40,983 nucleotides of DNA from Planctomycetia bacterium (GTDB taxonomy: Bacteria; Planctomycetota; Planctomycetia; Pirellulales; UBA1268), in NCBI GenBank assembly GCA_009919445.1, contig RGBY01000001.1, positions 1 through 40,983 of the forward strand, in the 5' to 3' direction. The notes beneath the pieces are model-generated. The model did not search any database. It saw only the letters and a program-made list of their open reading frames with translations, and was not told the DNA's origin. Shown here one piece after another: positions 28,061 to 37,875 of the stretch. How positions within the stretch are numbered: the stretch's first letter is position 1; each line of letters starts with the position of its first letter. The translations under genes and the position numbers were made by a program.

Positions 28061-29095
28061 ATGCCTGCAAACGTCGATCGTAGCCCCGCCATTCCCGCAG
28101 ATGCCACTCGTTCCAGCCCCTCAACCGCTGGCCTACGGTGGCTCCCTCGTTGGGCTGCCCCTCTCTTGCGACTCCTGGCCACGCTGATCCTGATCACCCT
28201 GGTGCTCCGCGGCGTCGACTGGAATTCCCTACTTGGGCTGCTTGAAGCCCTTGACTGGCGGTGGTGCGTCAGCGGCCTCGCCACTGCTGTCGGAATCCAA
28301 GTCGTCGCAGGAATTCGCTGGTCCTCACTGGCCCGGCCAATTGGCTTCAACCATGGCACCGGCTTTTTCGTCTGGCGGTTTTTTGAAGGGCTGTTTTTCA
28401 ACCTCTGCCTGCCATCCTCAATTGGCGGCGATGTGATCAAAGCCTATCGGCTTGCTGATACGACAAGAGGGCGGCTCCTGGCTGGCTGCACGATTTTTGC
28501 CGACCGCCTTACTGGTGTCTCTGCGCTTGGCGTCTTGGCTGGCGCTGCCCTTCTGGCAATCGAATTCGAACTTGCCACCCTGGCTACCCTCGCTGTTGGC
28601 CTCCTGCTCCTAGCCGGGGTACTGCTGTTCTTTCGCCTGACCATTGGCAGCCTGGACCACCTGCTTGAACTGCTGCCAGCAAGCCATCGACTCCGTCAGT
28701 TTCTCGCCCAACTTCTGCCCTACCAACTGCGGCCCAGCTTGATGAGCCGCGCCGTCGGCTGGAGCATGATCGTGCAGGCCGGTGCGTCGATCTCAGTTGC
28801 CCTGCTGGCCCGCGGAATCGGCGTCCAGCTCAGTCTGGGCATCTGGTTTTCGGTCGTCCCGTTGATCGCATTGGCAATGGTGCTCCCAATCAGCATCAAT
28901 GGGGTCGGCCTCCGTGAAGGAGGCATGGCCCTTCTGCTGGGCCCCTGGGGAGTCGCCAGGGAGCAGGCCATCGCCATTGGCCTTCTCTGGTTTTTTGCAA
29001 CCATTGTTACCGGGCTGATCGGCGGGGTGCTGTTCCTGCTTGACCGGCAGCCCCCAGCCACTCCCATCACGACGGCTTCCGCCTCTGATCAGTGA
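28061..29095 (+). CDS. flippase-like / lysyl-phosphatidylglycerol-synthase TM-region family membrane protein (UPF0104)
   Basis: Polytopic membrane protein with the family hallmark FFNLCLPSSIGGDVIKAYRL. Confidence 0.75.
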   Translation: MPANVDRSPAIPADATRSSPSTAGLRWLPRWAAPLLRLLATLILITLVLRGVDWNSLLGLLEALDWRWCVSGLATAVGIQVVAGIRWSSLARPIGFNHGTGFFVWRFFEGLFFNLCLPSSIGGDVIKAYRLADTTRGRLLAGCTIFADRLTGVSALGVLAGAALLAIEFELATLATLAVGLLLLAGVLLFFRLTIGSLDHLLELLPASHRLRQFLAQLLPYQLRPSLMSRAVGWSMIVQAGASISVALLARGIGVQLSLGIWFSVVPLIALAMVLPISINGVGLREGGMALLLGPWGVAREQAIAIGLLWFFATIVTGLIGGVLFLLDRQPPATPITTASASDQ

Positions 29096-29621
29096 GCAGA
29101 ATTGCTGCCACCGTCTTGGCATCTTCGATCCGGCCATCGAGGCACATCGCCACCGCCTCATCCCAGCCCACCACACGGGTTTCGATCTGCTCGCCCGGCT
29201 CAAGTGCCTGTGGCCCCGGCGTCAGCCCCCGGGCAACAAACAGATGCATCCGCTCCCGCAAAATCCCTGGCGACATCCAGAGGCTGCCCACGGCTTCAAG
29301 GGACTCGGCTCGATAGCCGGTCTCTTCAATCAGTTCACGAGCTGCCGCTGCCTCCAGTGACTCTATCCGGTCGAGCGTACCGGCTGGTATTTCGATAAGC
29401 GTGCGGCCCACTGCTCTCCGGAAAACATTGATTAGGCAAACCGTATGGTCATCCAACAACGGCACAATTGCCACGCTTCCAGGGTGCTTAATCAGATCAC
29501 GGGAACGGTGGCTGCCATCGCGGCACACTTCCTGGACGCGGACAACACGAAACCGTGATGCCTTCAGCAGTTCTTCGCCATCATCCTCTTCACGTTCTTC
29601 AGGCTGCTGGTCGAGGGACAT
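29067..29621 (-). CDS. NUDIX hydrolase (ADP-ribose pyrophosphatase-like)
   Basis: Exact Nudix box GTLDRIESLEAAAARELIEETGY (G-x5-E-x7-REUxEExGU). The 3' end overlaps the convergent flippase-like gene by 29 nt. Confidence 0.85.
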   Translation of the reverse strand: MSLDQQPEEREEDDGEELLKASRFRVVRVQEVCRDGSHRSRDLIKHPGSVAIVPLLDDHTVCLINVFRRAVGRTLIEIPAGTLDRIESLEAAAARELIEETGYRAESLEAVGSLWMSPGILRERMHLFVARGLTPGPQALEPGEQIETRVVGWDEAVAMCLDGRIEDAKTVAAILLTDQRRKPS

Positions 29622-29643
29622 GTCTCACGCTCCTGCTAAAAGG

Positions 29644-30621
29644 CTACTCATGCGTGAACGCAGGTCTTGCCGGCCGGCCGTCCACGGTGAGAGAATCACT
29701 CTGTTTTGTTGCTTGGAGTGGCACGATTGCCATCACCAGCCAGCCCGGGGGTGACTCCAATCGCGCCGCCGAAGTTACGGATGCAATCGCCTTCCCGGCA
29801 CTGGTGACGACAGCCCCTGCCGCGACGGGTGCTTCACCCTCGACCGTCAGCACGGTGAGTTGGCGATTGACATGGCCTAACGCATCCAATCGGGCCACGG
29901 TTTCCTGGCCGAGATAGCATCCCTTGGTAAAGCAGATTGTTTGCTCGGTGAAGCCGACTTCCTGAGGCAGTGTCTTGGCAGGAATGTCGCTGGCTAGTGG
30001 CCAGCCCCGGCGCAACCGTCTCGCCGTCTGCTCTTCTACAGATAGGGGAGCCGCCGTCGCAGCGAGGCCAGCCGTCAGGAGGGCAACCTCAGCAACTGCA
30101 CCTTCAAGCAGAAAGCCGTCTGCACCATACCAGTCAAAACATGTCAGGCGAGCTGACAACGGCTGCGTGAGGCCAACACCAGCTTGCAGATGACCGCTGA
30201 TAAAGTTCTGCGGGCGTTCTGGCAGTGGTTGGTCAAACTGCTCCTGCAGCCAGTCAACTGACGCGCCCCCCAGAAACACCACTCCGGCTTCCAGACCGCT
30301 GACATCACGGAGTTCGAGTTGCTCTCGGATGTGATAGCGATCGAGATGAGCCAGCAGCGCCGCCGCATGACCTGTCGCAACATCGATCAGCAGGCCATTT
30401 TCAATGCGGCGAATCAGGGCCAACTCGAGCACCCACCCACGGGCGTCACAAAAAAAACTGGCACACCCCTCACCCACGTTGAGATCACTGACTTTATTCG
30501 TGGTGAAGTTTTCAATGAAGTTGCAGGCATCAGCACCCGTAACGCTGATCTGGTCACGTGGCCCCAGCGCAGACCAGATCAGGGGTGTCGCTGCCGGAGC
30601 CAGCGCCGAACGGGTGGTCAT
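29644..30621 (-). CDS. ygfZ: YgfZ/GcvT-like folate-binding protein
   Basis: Signature FTKGCYLGQETVARL (KGCYxGQE). ATG at 30621 has gagga 9 nt upstream. The GTG at 30774 would add 51 non-descript residues. Confidence 0.78.
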   Translation of the reverse strand: MTTRSALAPAATPLIWSALGPRDQISVTGADACNFIENFTTNKVSDLNVGEGCASFFCDARGWVLELALIRRIENGLLIDVATGHAAALLAHLDRYHIREQLELRDVSGLEAGVVFLGGASVDWLQEQFDQPLPERPQNFISGHLQAGVGLTQPLSARLTCFDWYGADGFLLEGAVAEVALLTAGLAATAAPLSVEEQTARRLRRGWPLASDIPAKTLPQEVGFTEQTICFTKGCYLGQETVARLDALGHVNRQLTVLTVEGEAPVAAGAVVTSAGKAIASVTSAARLESPPGWLVMAIVPLQATKQSDSLTVDGRPARPAFTHE

Positions 30622-31132
30622 GCTCAGAATTCCTCGTGTCTGCCAACTGTCGTCACTGCTACGGATTGGCCCAGAGCAGGATGCTGCGGCCACCCGTCCC
30701 GGCACTATAGCGACCGCCGCCACCCGGGCCCTCCAGCAGTCCTCATAATTTTTTTCTTGAACCGAACGCTTCACGGCCGGGCTGCGTAACAGATCTCACA
30801 CAACCTGAGATCACACCAGTTGACCCAACACCTCGATACCCCCAAATGGACAGCATTTTCGCCACTTTTTGAAAGCAACGCTTTCCTCTGGGTGGTCACG
30901 AGGGTACAGTTTCATCAGCCGGACGTGCGGGCAAGGCATGGTCCGTTCTGGTGAGCAACAACGGCAATCTCTTCTCTCGCTCACAATTTCCTGAATACGC
31001 TGCGCGGCTTCCATTGCGCGAAGAAGACAGCGTCAGAAATCATGAGCCAGCTGAAGGCATTGCCGTCGGTTCCGTCGGGGGAGCGTCTTGAAATGAGGCA
31101 CTCCCTGGGTTGCTTACGAGAAGGAGGCGACG

Positions 31133-31798
31133 ATGGCCACGGTTCCCTATCGAGTCGAACGTCAAGAAGACTACGACGATCAAGAAAACTCCTACCACGA
31201 TCCAATGGCAGTGGCTGACGCCGCCTATTCGGATGCTGCTCGTGCTGAGGCTGATTGCCGGGCAACAAGTGGCAGATCATCCGCTAGGGATGAACGGCCG
31301 CAGGCCCGCCACCGCCTCCGGGCTCACCCTGCCGCCAGCCGTTCCGCTCGGCGGAGGTTGCATCGGATTGCCGAAGTCCGTCAGCAACAGGGAGTCACGC
31401 TCCGGAATGTTGCCCGTCGCCTGGGCATCGAAATGGCGGTCATTCGTCGACAGGAACAGGGGGACTGCGACCTGCGAATCAGTGATCTCCAGCGCTGGCA
31501 GCAGGTTCTCGATGTTCCGATGGCCGACCTGCTCGAGGAGGGAGAGGGGCAACTCTCTGGACCAGTCCTTGCCCGCTCTCGCATGGTGAAACTGATGAAG
31601 ACAGCAGCCGCGATTCGCGAGCAGATTGGGGAAGAGCAGGCTGGCCGGCTGATCGGTCAGTTGATCGAACAGATTTTGGAAATCATGCCCGAACTTGCCG
31701 ACGTCACCCCTTGGCACACGGTCGGCCAACGCCGAACCCTGGATGAAGTGGGGCGGACAGCCCGCGACACCGTGCCGGATGAATTATTCCGACGGTAG
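31133..31798 (+). CDS. XRE-family helix-turn-helix protein with disordered N-terminus
   Basis: aaggagg SD. HTH_3-like core GVTLRNVARRLGIEMAVIRRQEQ...LRISDLQRWQQVLDVPMADLL. Helical C-terminal half. Confidence 0.65.
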   Translation: MATVPYRVERQEDYDDQENSYHDPMAVADAAYSDAARAEADCRATSGRSSARDERPQARHRLRAHPAASRSARRRLHRIAEVRQQQGVTLRNVARRLGIEMAVIRRQEQGDCDLRISDLQRWQQVLDVPMADLLEEGEGQLSGPVLARSRMVKLMKTAAAIREQIGEEQAGRLIGQLIEQILEIMPELADVTPWHTVGQRRTLDEVGRTARDTVPDELFRR

Positions 31799-31908
31799 CG
31801 ATGCCTGTCCGACCAACTGCGGCTCCTGTCGGATGAGATCCGATGGCGGCACGCTTGGTCTGTCTGGTAGCATGCTGACGCTGCGGTCAAATCGATGTCT
31901 TGGCCGTG

Positions 31909-32031
31909 ATGACAGTCATGATTCCCCCGACAGAGGTCTTTGACGTGTTCTCGCTTCTTGGTGTGCTCGGCATTGTGGTGATTATGTTTGTTGGCGTCGC
32001 CCTCACAGCGCGACTGGTCCTGGGGAAATAA
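31909..32031 (+). CDS. possible 40-aa single-TM micro-protein (or 28 aa from GTG 31945)
   Basis: Not in the ORF track (<60 aa). MTVMIPPTEVFDVFSLLGVLGIVVIMFVGVALTARLVLGK. agagg lies 8 nt before the internal GTG. Fits the gap between the HTH gene and a convergent membrane-protein gene. Confidence 0.25.
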   Translation: MTVMIPPTEVFDVFSLLGVLGIVVIMFVGVALTARLVLGK

Positions 32032-32047
32032 CGCCAGCTGCATCACC

Positions 32048-32425
32048 TCATTGCTTGGCTGTCCCAATGACTCCCATGACAGCCAGGGCCAGAAACGCGT
32101 ACAGCGTGGAGCCGAGAACGCCCCAGGCTGCCACCGCCAGCCCAAAGTAATCCCGCAGCCAAACTCGTAGCGGTGGTTCTGCACTCTTGGGCACCTTGTG
32201 CTGCACCGGACCACTCCGATCCGATTGCTGCTGCATGTCTTGCCGAAACTGATCCCACTGCTGCTGAACCGCCGGCCGCTCAAGCTTCGCGAGCCAGTTG
32301 CCGCGAAGGTTCCAAAGAACCAGTGGCGGCAACACCATCAACAGCACCCAGCCCACGATGAGCGCCACCCCGACACGAAGACGGAGCATCTCACGGCGTG
32401 GGGAACTTGGAAATGAAGCATTCAT
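32048..32425 (-). CDS. hypothetical two-TM membrane protein
   Basis: 125 aa. TM helices VGVALIVGWVLLMVLPPLVLW and GLAVAAWGVLGSTLYAFLALAVMGVIG flank a Gln-rich loop. Confidence 0.55.
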   Translation of the reverse strand: MNASFPSSPRREMLRLRVGVALIVGWVLLMVLPPLVLWNLRGNWLAKLERPAVQQQWDQFRQDMQQQSDRSGPVQHKVPKSAEPPLRVWLRDYFGLAVAAWGVLGSTLYAFLALAVMGVIGTAKQ

Positions 32426-32632
32426 TGACTGAAGTCGCTCAAGGGCTGGAACGGCAGAGAGGATGGGCCCGCACTGCCCCCAGTTTACCCGGTTTCACAG
32501 CAAAGCCGATGCACAGGATCGCTCCACTGCAAAACTCCTCTCGTCTGCCAAAATTGTGAATGCTACCGTCCGCATCGCCGCGGGACCTTTGCCGTTTCCC
32601 CCGCCGTTTCATTCCCTGACTGACGCTGCACT

Positions 32633-33715
32633 GTGCTTCACCAACGTTCGCCATTCTCCGCCTGCCTGCCGCCGGTCCTGCTCGCGGCGATTGTCATGCT
32701 CTGGCCATCACCGGCTGCCGGGCAGAGTGGCTGGCTGCCGACAAGTTGGTTCACCAAGCCACAGATCGACCCGCAGGCAATGTTCCCCCTTTCTGAGCAA
32801 AACGGCCCCTGGCTTGTGCTTGCCACCACGTTTCGGGGAGACGGCGCACGAGATGATGCCCGTCGGCTTGCCCAAGAACTCCGCAGCCGCTTCCGTCTGG
32901 ACGCCTACACCCACGAGCAGGCCTTTGACTTCACGGGTGAACAGCGTGGGCTTGGGCTCAACCCCGATGGCAGCCCGAAAAAAATGCGGTATGCCAATTC
33001 CCAGCAGGTTGTCGAGGTCGCTGTGATGGTTGGTGACTTTGCCGCCTGCGATGATGCCCGCGGCCAGAAGGCACTCACCCGGATCAAATCATTGCGGCCA
33101 GAAACCCTGACTGGCGAGCAAGGCAAGAGTCGCGCCTACTCCGACTTCCGACGAATGCTCGGCCTCGATAAGCAGACCGGGAAGAGGCCACTGCATATGG
33201 CCTTCATGATTCCCAACCCGCTGCTACCGAAGGACTATTTCAATCGACCACAACTCGACCAGTTTGTGATCGATATGAACGCTGATGTTGAGCACAGCCT
33301 GCTCGACTGTCCGGGACGCTACAGCGTTCGAGTCGCTACCTTTACCGGTGCCGGTGGCTTCGATGCCGAGACACTCAACACAGGTGATGATGCGGCTGAC
33401 AGCCGACTGGTGCAGGCGGCCGAGAAGGCACACCGCTTGACCAAGTCGCTCCGTCAGCAAGGCTGGCAGGCCTATGAATTCCACGACCGCGAATCGAGTA
33501 TTGTCTGCGTTGGCAGCCTGTCGCAGTTAGCGGTCGAGCAGCAGGACGGCTCTCAGGTGCCCAGCCCTGAACTTGTTCGCATTTCGACGGAGCTTGGCCC
33601 CGACCAAGAAAAACTTGCTGCCGGCACGATCCTCCCCAAGCGAATTGAGGGTATCCTGCTCGATATCGAGCCCCGGCCAATCGATGTGCCGAGGCTACCG
33701 ATCGGCCGGCGGTAG
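32633..33715 (+). CDS. secreted hypothetical protein
   Basis: GTG start. Signal peptide ...ACLPPVLLAAIVMLWPSPAAG. 360 aa of non-repetitive globular-looking sequence. No family recognised. Confidence 0.7.
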   Translation: MLHQRSPFSACLPPVLLAAIVMLWPSPAAGQSGWLPTSWFTKPQIDPQAMFPLSEQNGPWLVLATTFRGDGARDDARRLAQELRSRFRLDAYTHEQAFDFTGEQRGLGLNPDGSPKKMRYANSQQVVEVAVMVGDFAACDDARGQKALTRIKSLRPETLTGEQGKSRAYSDFRRMLGLDKQTGKRPLHMAFMIPNPLLPKDYFNRPQLDQFVIDMNADVEHSLLDCPGRYSVRVATFTGAGGFDAETLNTGDDAADSRLVQAAEKAHRLTKSLRQQGWQAYEFHDRESSIVCVGSLSQLAVEQQDGSQVPSPELVRISTELGPDQEKLAAGTILPKRIEGILLDIEPRPIDVPRLPIGRR

Positions 33716-33766
33716 AGTGATTGATCTCGCCGGCTTCTGCAGATTCGTCCGAATTCTTGAGGAGCC

Positions 33767-34396
33767 TTGCGAGTGCCCGTTTCGCCAATTCTTGTGCTTG
33801 GCACAACCAACAGCGGCAAGCGACAGGAACTGACAGCCCTGCTCGAGCCCTTTGGGATCGCCTGTCAGTCGCTTGCTGACTTTCCCGCCGCCCTCGCCGT
33901 GGCTGAAACTGGCACAACCTTTGCTGAAAATGCTGCTCTCAAGGCAAGCCAGCAGGCCCTGGCGCTCGGACACTGGGTGCTGGGTGAAGACAGCGGCCTG
34001 GCGGTCGATGCCCTCGGGGGCGGCCCCGGGGTTTACTCTGCCAGATTCTCCGGCCCCGAGGCGACTGACGAAGCCAACAACACCCTCCTTCTGGAAAAAC
34101 TAGCGGGGGTGCCTGCCGATCAGCGGACGGCTCACTATGCCTGCCATGCTGCCCTCGCCGATCCTGAAGGGACCATCCGGGCTACCGCGAGTGGCCGATG
34201 TTGCGGCCGGATTGCCGACACTGCAGCTGGCTGTGGCGGCTTTGGCTATGACCCTTACTTCATTGTGCCGGAATACCACCGCACCTTTGGTGAACTTGCT
34301 CCGGCTGTCAAAAGCCTGATCAGTCACCGTGGTCGGGCCATTCGGGCGATGCTGCCGCAGATTGTGCGGCTGCTTCGCGACCAGCCTGCTTCCTGA
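33767..34396 (+). CDS. rdgB: non-canonical purine NTP pyrophosphatase RdgB/HAM1 (dITP/XTP pyrophosphatase)
   Basis: ILVLGTTNSGKRQEL, ETGTTFAENAALKA, GEDSGLAVDALGGGPGVYSARF, FGYDPYF, SHRGRA. TTG start sits 6 nt after gaggag. Confidence 0.9.
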   Translation: MRVPVSPILVLGTTNSGKRQELTALLEPFGIACQSLADFPAALAVAETGTTFAENAALKASQQALALGHWVLGEDSGLAVDALGGGPGVYSARFSGPEATDEANNTLLLEKLAGVPADQRTAHYACHAALADPEGTIRATASGRCCGRIADTAAGCGGFGYDPYFIVPEYHRTFGELAPAVKSLISHRGRAIRAMLPQIVRLLRDQPAS

Positions 34397-34450
34397 GCCT
34401 CGAAACAAAACCATCTGCGTGGCAAACCTGCTGCCCGAAGGGGATCGTTT

Positions 34451-35545
34451 TCATGCAGCGCCACGCTGCTGCTTGTGCAGCCAACGCTGAACACTCGCCA
34501 GTACCTGATCGGTGCCATCCATGGTGCCCATGAGATTGGCCAGGGGCGTGGCAAAGCGGTCGAGACTCTCGAGAAACGACCGGACACGACCGCTTGTTAC
34601 CTGCTCAAGATGCACAAAGTCACCACAGCCCATACTCCGCAAAAAATAACTGTTCATACGCTGCTCGCCGTGGGCCCGCTCAGGCAGCACCAGCAGCGGC
34701 TTCCCCAGATGAATCGCCTCACCGATGAGTTGATTCCCTGCAGCAGAAATGACTGCCCGGCAGCCAGCGAGATCGTCAGCAAACCGCTGGTCGTCAATCG
34801 GATGAAACGAAAGCCTGCCGATCGATTCGCGTTCCCCAAGCCCATAAACCTTGACGGGCAAGCCGCATCCAGCCAGCGTTTCGAGGGCTGAAAAGGGGGT
34901 ATGCCGACGAAGATAACTCAGCACATAGCCACCATCGCTCGGCTCTGCCTTCGTAACTTCACGTCGCAGCAACGGTCCAACCTGAACGACATGCTCCCAG
35001 CCACGGCGAAGGCCTGGACGAAAAAAAGCTGACACAATGGTCTCAGCCGGCTCACCCATGTACATCCAGACGGCATGGCTCATAAACCAAGCATTCCAGC
35101 GCAAGGTCCAGGGCAACGGTTCCAGATCGTAGGCCAACAGAAAATGCTGATGGTCGACACTGAGCAACGGTACTTCCTGACGGGCTGCCGCGCGGGGAAG
35201 GGCAGGCTCAAAGTCAGTGATTGCCAAGGCAACCTCGTGAGCCTCCAAATCAGCCATCAGGCGATCGACAAGTGGACCGAGGGAACGGGCCTGGTACTCC
35301 AGGCCAGCCCGAATGGTTCGGGGAACATCGAGACGGCCACCGCTGTACTCGAAGATAATCCCAGGGATTTCCCGAACCGTCACCCGGGGGTGTCCTGTCG
35401 CGAACCGCTGCTCAAGAAAGCGGAAGGCATCAGCCGCCGTATAAACCAGAACATCATGCTCCCGCTCAAGCCGCTCGATGAGCGTACTGATCCGGGTGGC
35501 GTGGCCTCTCCCCTCACCGCATAGACTGATTGCAATCGTTGCCAT
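34451..35545 (-). CDS. GT-B glycosyltransferase (family 28 / MJ1255-like)
   Basis: ATG at 35545 gives MATIAISLCGEGRGHATRISTLIERL, a typical N-terminus for this GT group. C-terminal GNQLIGEAIHLGKPLLVLP nucleotide-sugar-binding-like block. Confidence 0.78.
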   Translation of the reverse strand: MATIAISLCGEGRGHATRISTLIERLEREHDVLVYTAADAFRFLEQRFATGHPRVTVREIPGIIFEYSGGRLDVPRTIRAGLEYQARSLGPLVDRLMADLEAHEVALAITDFEPALPRAAARQEVPLLSVDHQHFLLAYDLEPLPWTLRWNAWFMSHAVWMYMGEPAETIVSAFFRPGLRRGWEHVVQVGPLLRREVTKAEPSDGGYVLSYLRRHTPFSALETLAGCGLPVKVYGLGERESIGRLSFHPIDDQRFADDLAGCRAVISAAGNQLIGEAIHLGKPLLVLPERAHGEQRMNSYFLRSMGCGDFVHLEQVTSGRVRSFLESLDRFATPLANLMGTMDGTDQVLASVQRWLHKQQRGAA

Positions 35546-35723
35546 GCCTCTTCCATTCCGTCGGGAACCCGCTTGAGTTCCTGGCCCATGTTCACTGCCA
35601 GAGATTATTGTGGGGCAATGGGCTCCCACAGCCTAACCTGTGGTTTCGCCTGCGGACTACGCCCAGTCCGCACGCCGCTTCCCACTGCTGCCAGTGAAAC
35701 CATTCTTGCGAAGAAAGATCGTC

Positions 35724-37037
35724 ATGCGTGCCGCTCTGATTTATCGCGTTGGCATCATGCTGCTGGCCGCTGGATTCTCCAGCCCAGCAAGCCTCGCCGT
35801 TGACGCCGAGACAGCAGCGGGACCAACCAATGAGCAGCTCATCCGACGGCTGTCTCATGGCACCCTGGTCGTACGGGACGCCGCAGCAACAGCGTTGGGC
35901 CGCCGTGGCCGCTCTGCTCTGGCTGAAATCGAAGAGGCCATTCCGCTGGCCGAAGGTGAAGCCGCCTTTCGATTGACTCGCCTTGCCGCCGCCATCGCTC
36001 TGGCGGAGACCAGCCGCCAAACAGAACCGAGCGTGGTGACACTTGCACTCACCGATCAACCGCTGGAACAACTTGCCCAGCAGATCATGATTCAAACCGG
36101 AAACCAGATTTTGGTTCCTGATAATGCCGCTGTCTTCAGTTTGACCTGTAACCAGCTGCCGTTCTGGGACACGATGGAAAAACTGGCTGCCGTCACAGCA
36201 GGCCGGATTGTCTTGGACGACCGCCCCCCGGGGCTGGGCATCGCCCCCGGAGGCTCAGCCGCTGGGCCAGCGTTTCCCGCAGCGATAGCTGATCTCATCC
36301 GGGTCGCCGTGCACCGTATTGATCGGCTTGGGCCAGACGGTGACCGTGGCTTTCGGATCGTCTTGCGAGTTGCCTGGGAGCCGCGACTGACTCCCCTCAT
36401 CGTCAGGCTCCCGCTGGCTTCCATCGTTGCCGAAAGTGAAGACGGCGCCACGATTCGACAGCCAAGCCGCCTTGGCGTTGTTGAACCATTCATCAACAGC
36501 AATCGCTGCTGGGTTGACCTGCCCGTTGTGCTCAGCCGGCCACCGGCTGGCGTCACTCGACTAGCCAGCCTCCGCGGCACCGTTGAAATGTGGCTGCCGG
36601 GCTTCAGCCATCGTTTCCGGCTGCCACTCACTCCTCGCGGGTCGGAGATGGCAAAACCGAGCAACTGCCTCGGCACCATGACCGCTGAACTCGAAGAGTG
36701 GTGGCCGACGGTGACACCAGCCGGTCAGGGCCTCACCCTGCGAGCAACGGCCCAACTCGCTGAGCCCTCCGCAGCCTGTGAGTCTCACCGAGGCTGGCTG
36801 GCTGATCGGGTCCCGACACTCCTGCGCCCCAGCGGCCCCGCCGTAACCACGTTGCACCATCGCGTCGTGGGCCGCAGCAGTCGCGGGCTGACAGTGGAAA
36901 CAACTTTCCTACCGCCGCTGCCAAGCCCTGATGACAGACTTCAGGTCAGCTGGCAACTGCCAGTGGGCATCTCCCGGCTTCCTACCGATTTCTGGCTTGT
37001 GAACATTCCGCTGGAAAGCAGCACCGAGATGGACTAA
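35724..37037 (+). CDS. secreted hypothetical protein
   Basis: ATG at 35724. Signal peptide MRAALIYRVGIMLLAAGFSSPASLA. 437 aa, family not recognised. Confidence 0.68.
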   Translation: MRAALIYRVGIMLLAAGFSSPASLAVDAETAAGPTNEQLIRRLSHGTLVVRDAAATALGRRGRSALAEIEEAIPLAEGEAAFRLTRLAAAIALAETSRQTEPSVVTLALTDQPLEQLAQQIMIQTGNQILVPDNAAVFSLTCNQLPFWDTMEKLAAVTAGRIVLDDRPPGLGIAPGGSAAGPAFPAAIADLIRVAVHRIDRLGPDGDRGFRIVLRVAWEPRLTPLIVRLPLASIVAESEDGATIRQPSRLGVVEPFINSNRCWVDLPVVLSRPPAGVTRLASLRGTVEMWLPGFSHRFRLPLTPRGSEMAKPSNCLGTMTAELEEWWPTVTPAGQGLTLRATAQLAEPSAACESHRGWLADRVPTLLRPSGPAVTTLHHRVVGRSSRGLTVETTFLPPLPSPDDRLQVSWQLPVGISRLPTDFWLVNIPLESSTEMD

Positions 37038-37173
37038 CGCCCACCTAGGCTGGCTACCCCCCCAGGATTCTCCAGGTTCGCGTTGTTCTGGTTCATTCTG
37101 GCCGCTATCGTCCTCAGCCCTTGTGGGTGCTCACGTTCACCCCGAATCCGCCTTCGGGCCGCATGGACCAGCG

Positions 37174-37839
37174 ATGAAAATTCGTACGTTTCTCCTTTTC
37201 GTCTGCATGATTGTGGTGCCTCTTCTGGCGATGTTTTCGCACAAGATCCCGCCAGAAATCCGTGCCGCCTGCGGCGACCTGATCCTGCGTCCGGCGATCG
37301 ATCTGATTGAAGCGGCAGCCAGTGCGACAGAACCGAAGCCGGCTGCACCGCCAGTCACTTTTGAGGCACCACCAGCCGGGCCTCTCCTGGCCGGCTCGCC
37401 ACCCACCGAGGCCCCTGGTACCGATCAGCCTGACAGTCCCCTCGCTGAAAATTCCTCTTCGTCGCGGGCAGCAGACCCTGCAACCGCCCTCCTCACCAGT
37501 TCGCCCCCCGCCAGTTCCCACCAGTTCCCTCCGGCCAGACCGGCGGCCTCCCTCTCGCTGGCTGCAGGCAGGCTTGATGCTGGCAGTCTGCGTCAGCAGT
37601 TGGCAGCAGTTGGTGCCCACCGGCTCCTTCTCGAGCCCACAGCAGACGGGAGTGGGCAATTCCACGGAAGCTGCCGTGTCGCTGTCGATCCCAGCGGAGA
37701 ATTGCAGCGACTTTTTCACGCCCATGCCAGCAGTGAAGCCGAAGCCCTTCAAAACCTGCTCGAACAGGTCAACCGATGGCAGCAGCGTCTGGCCGCGACA
37801 CCACCGGGCGGCCAGGCTCGCGGGGCAGTCGTCCGTTGA
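37174..37839 (+). CDS. membrane-anchored hypothetical protein with Pro/Ala/Ser-rich linker
   Basis: ATG at 37174 (MKIRTFLLFVCMIVVPLLAMF). Good third-position GC bias in this frame. Structured C-terminal ~70 aa. Confidence 0.62.
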   Translation: MKIRTFLLFVCMIVVPLLAMFSHKIPPEIRAACGDLILRPAIDLIEAAASATEPKPAAPPVTFEAPPAGPLLAGSPPTEAPGTDQPDSPLAENSSSSRAADPATALLTSSPPASSHQFPPARPAASLSLAAGRLDAGSLRQQLAAVGAHRLLLEPTADGSGQFHGSCRVAVDPSGELQRLFHAHASSEAEALQNLLEQVNRWQQRLAATPPGGQARGAVVR

Positions 37840-37875
37840 TTTCAATCTGATGGTCGCCACACCACGGCCAGCTTC

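Noticed and set aside
30811-31014. 67-aa Cys-rich ORF (MEAAQRIQEIVSERRDCRCCSPERTMPCPHV...) upstream of the ygfZ-like gene
   Set aside because: No SD, weaker third-position GC bias, and no recognised family. Left unannotated but could be a genuine small protein. Conservation or ribosome profiling would be needed.
31657-32283. 208-aa minus-strand ORF spanning the end of the HTH gene and the small membrane-protein gene
   Set aside because: It overlaps two better-supported genes and has an Arg/Ser/Cys-rich composition without features.
37083-37310. 75-aa ORF beginning MFWFILAAIVLSPCGCS (lipoprotein-like signal)
   Set aside because: TTG start. It overlaps the 37174 gene out of frame, and its third-position GC bias collapses in the overlap while the 37174 frame shows good bias.
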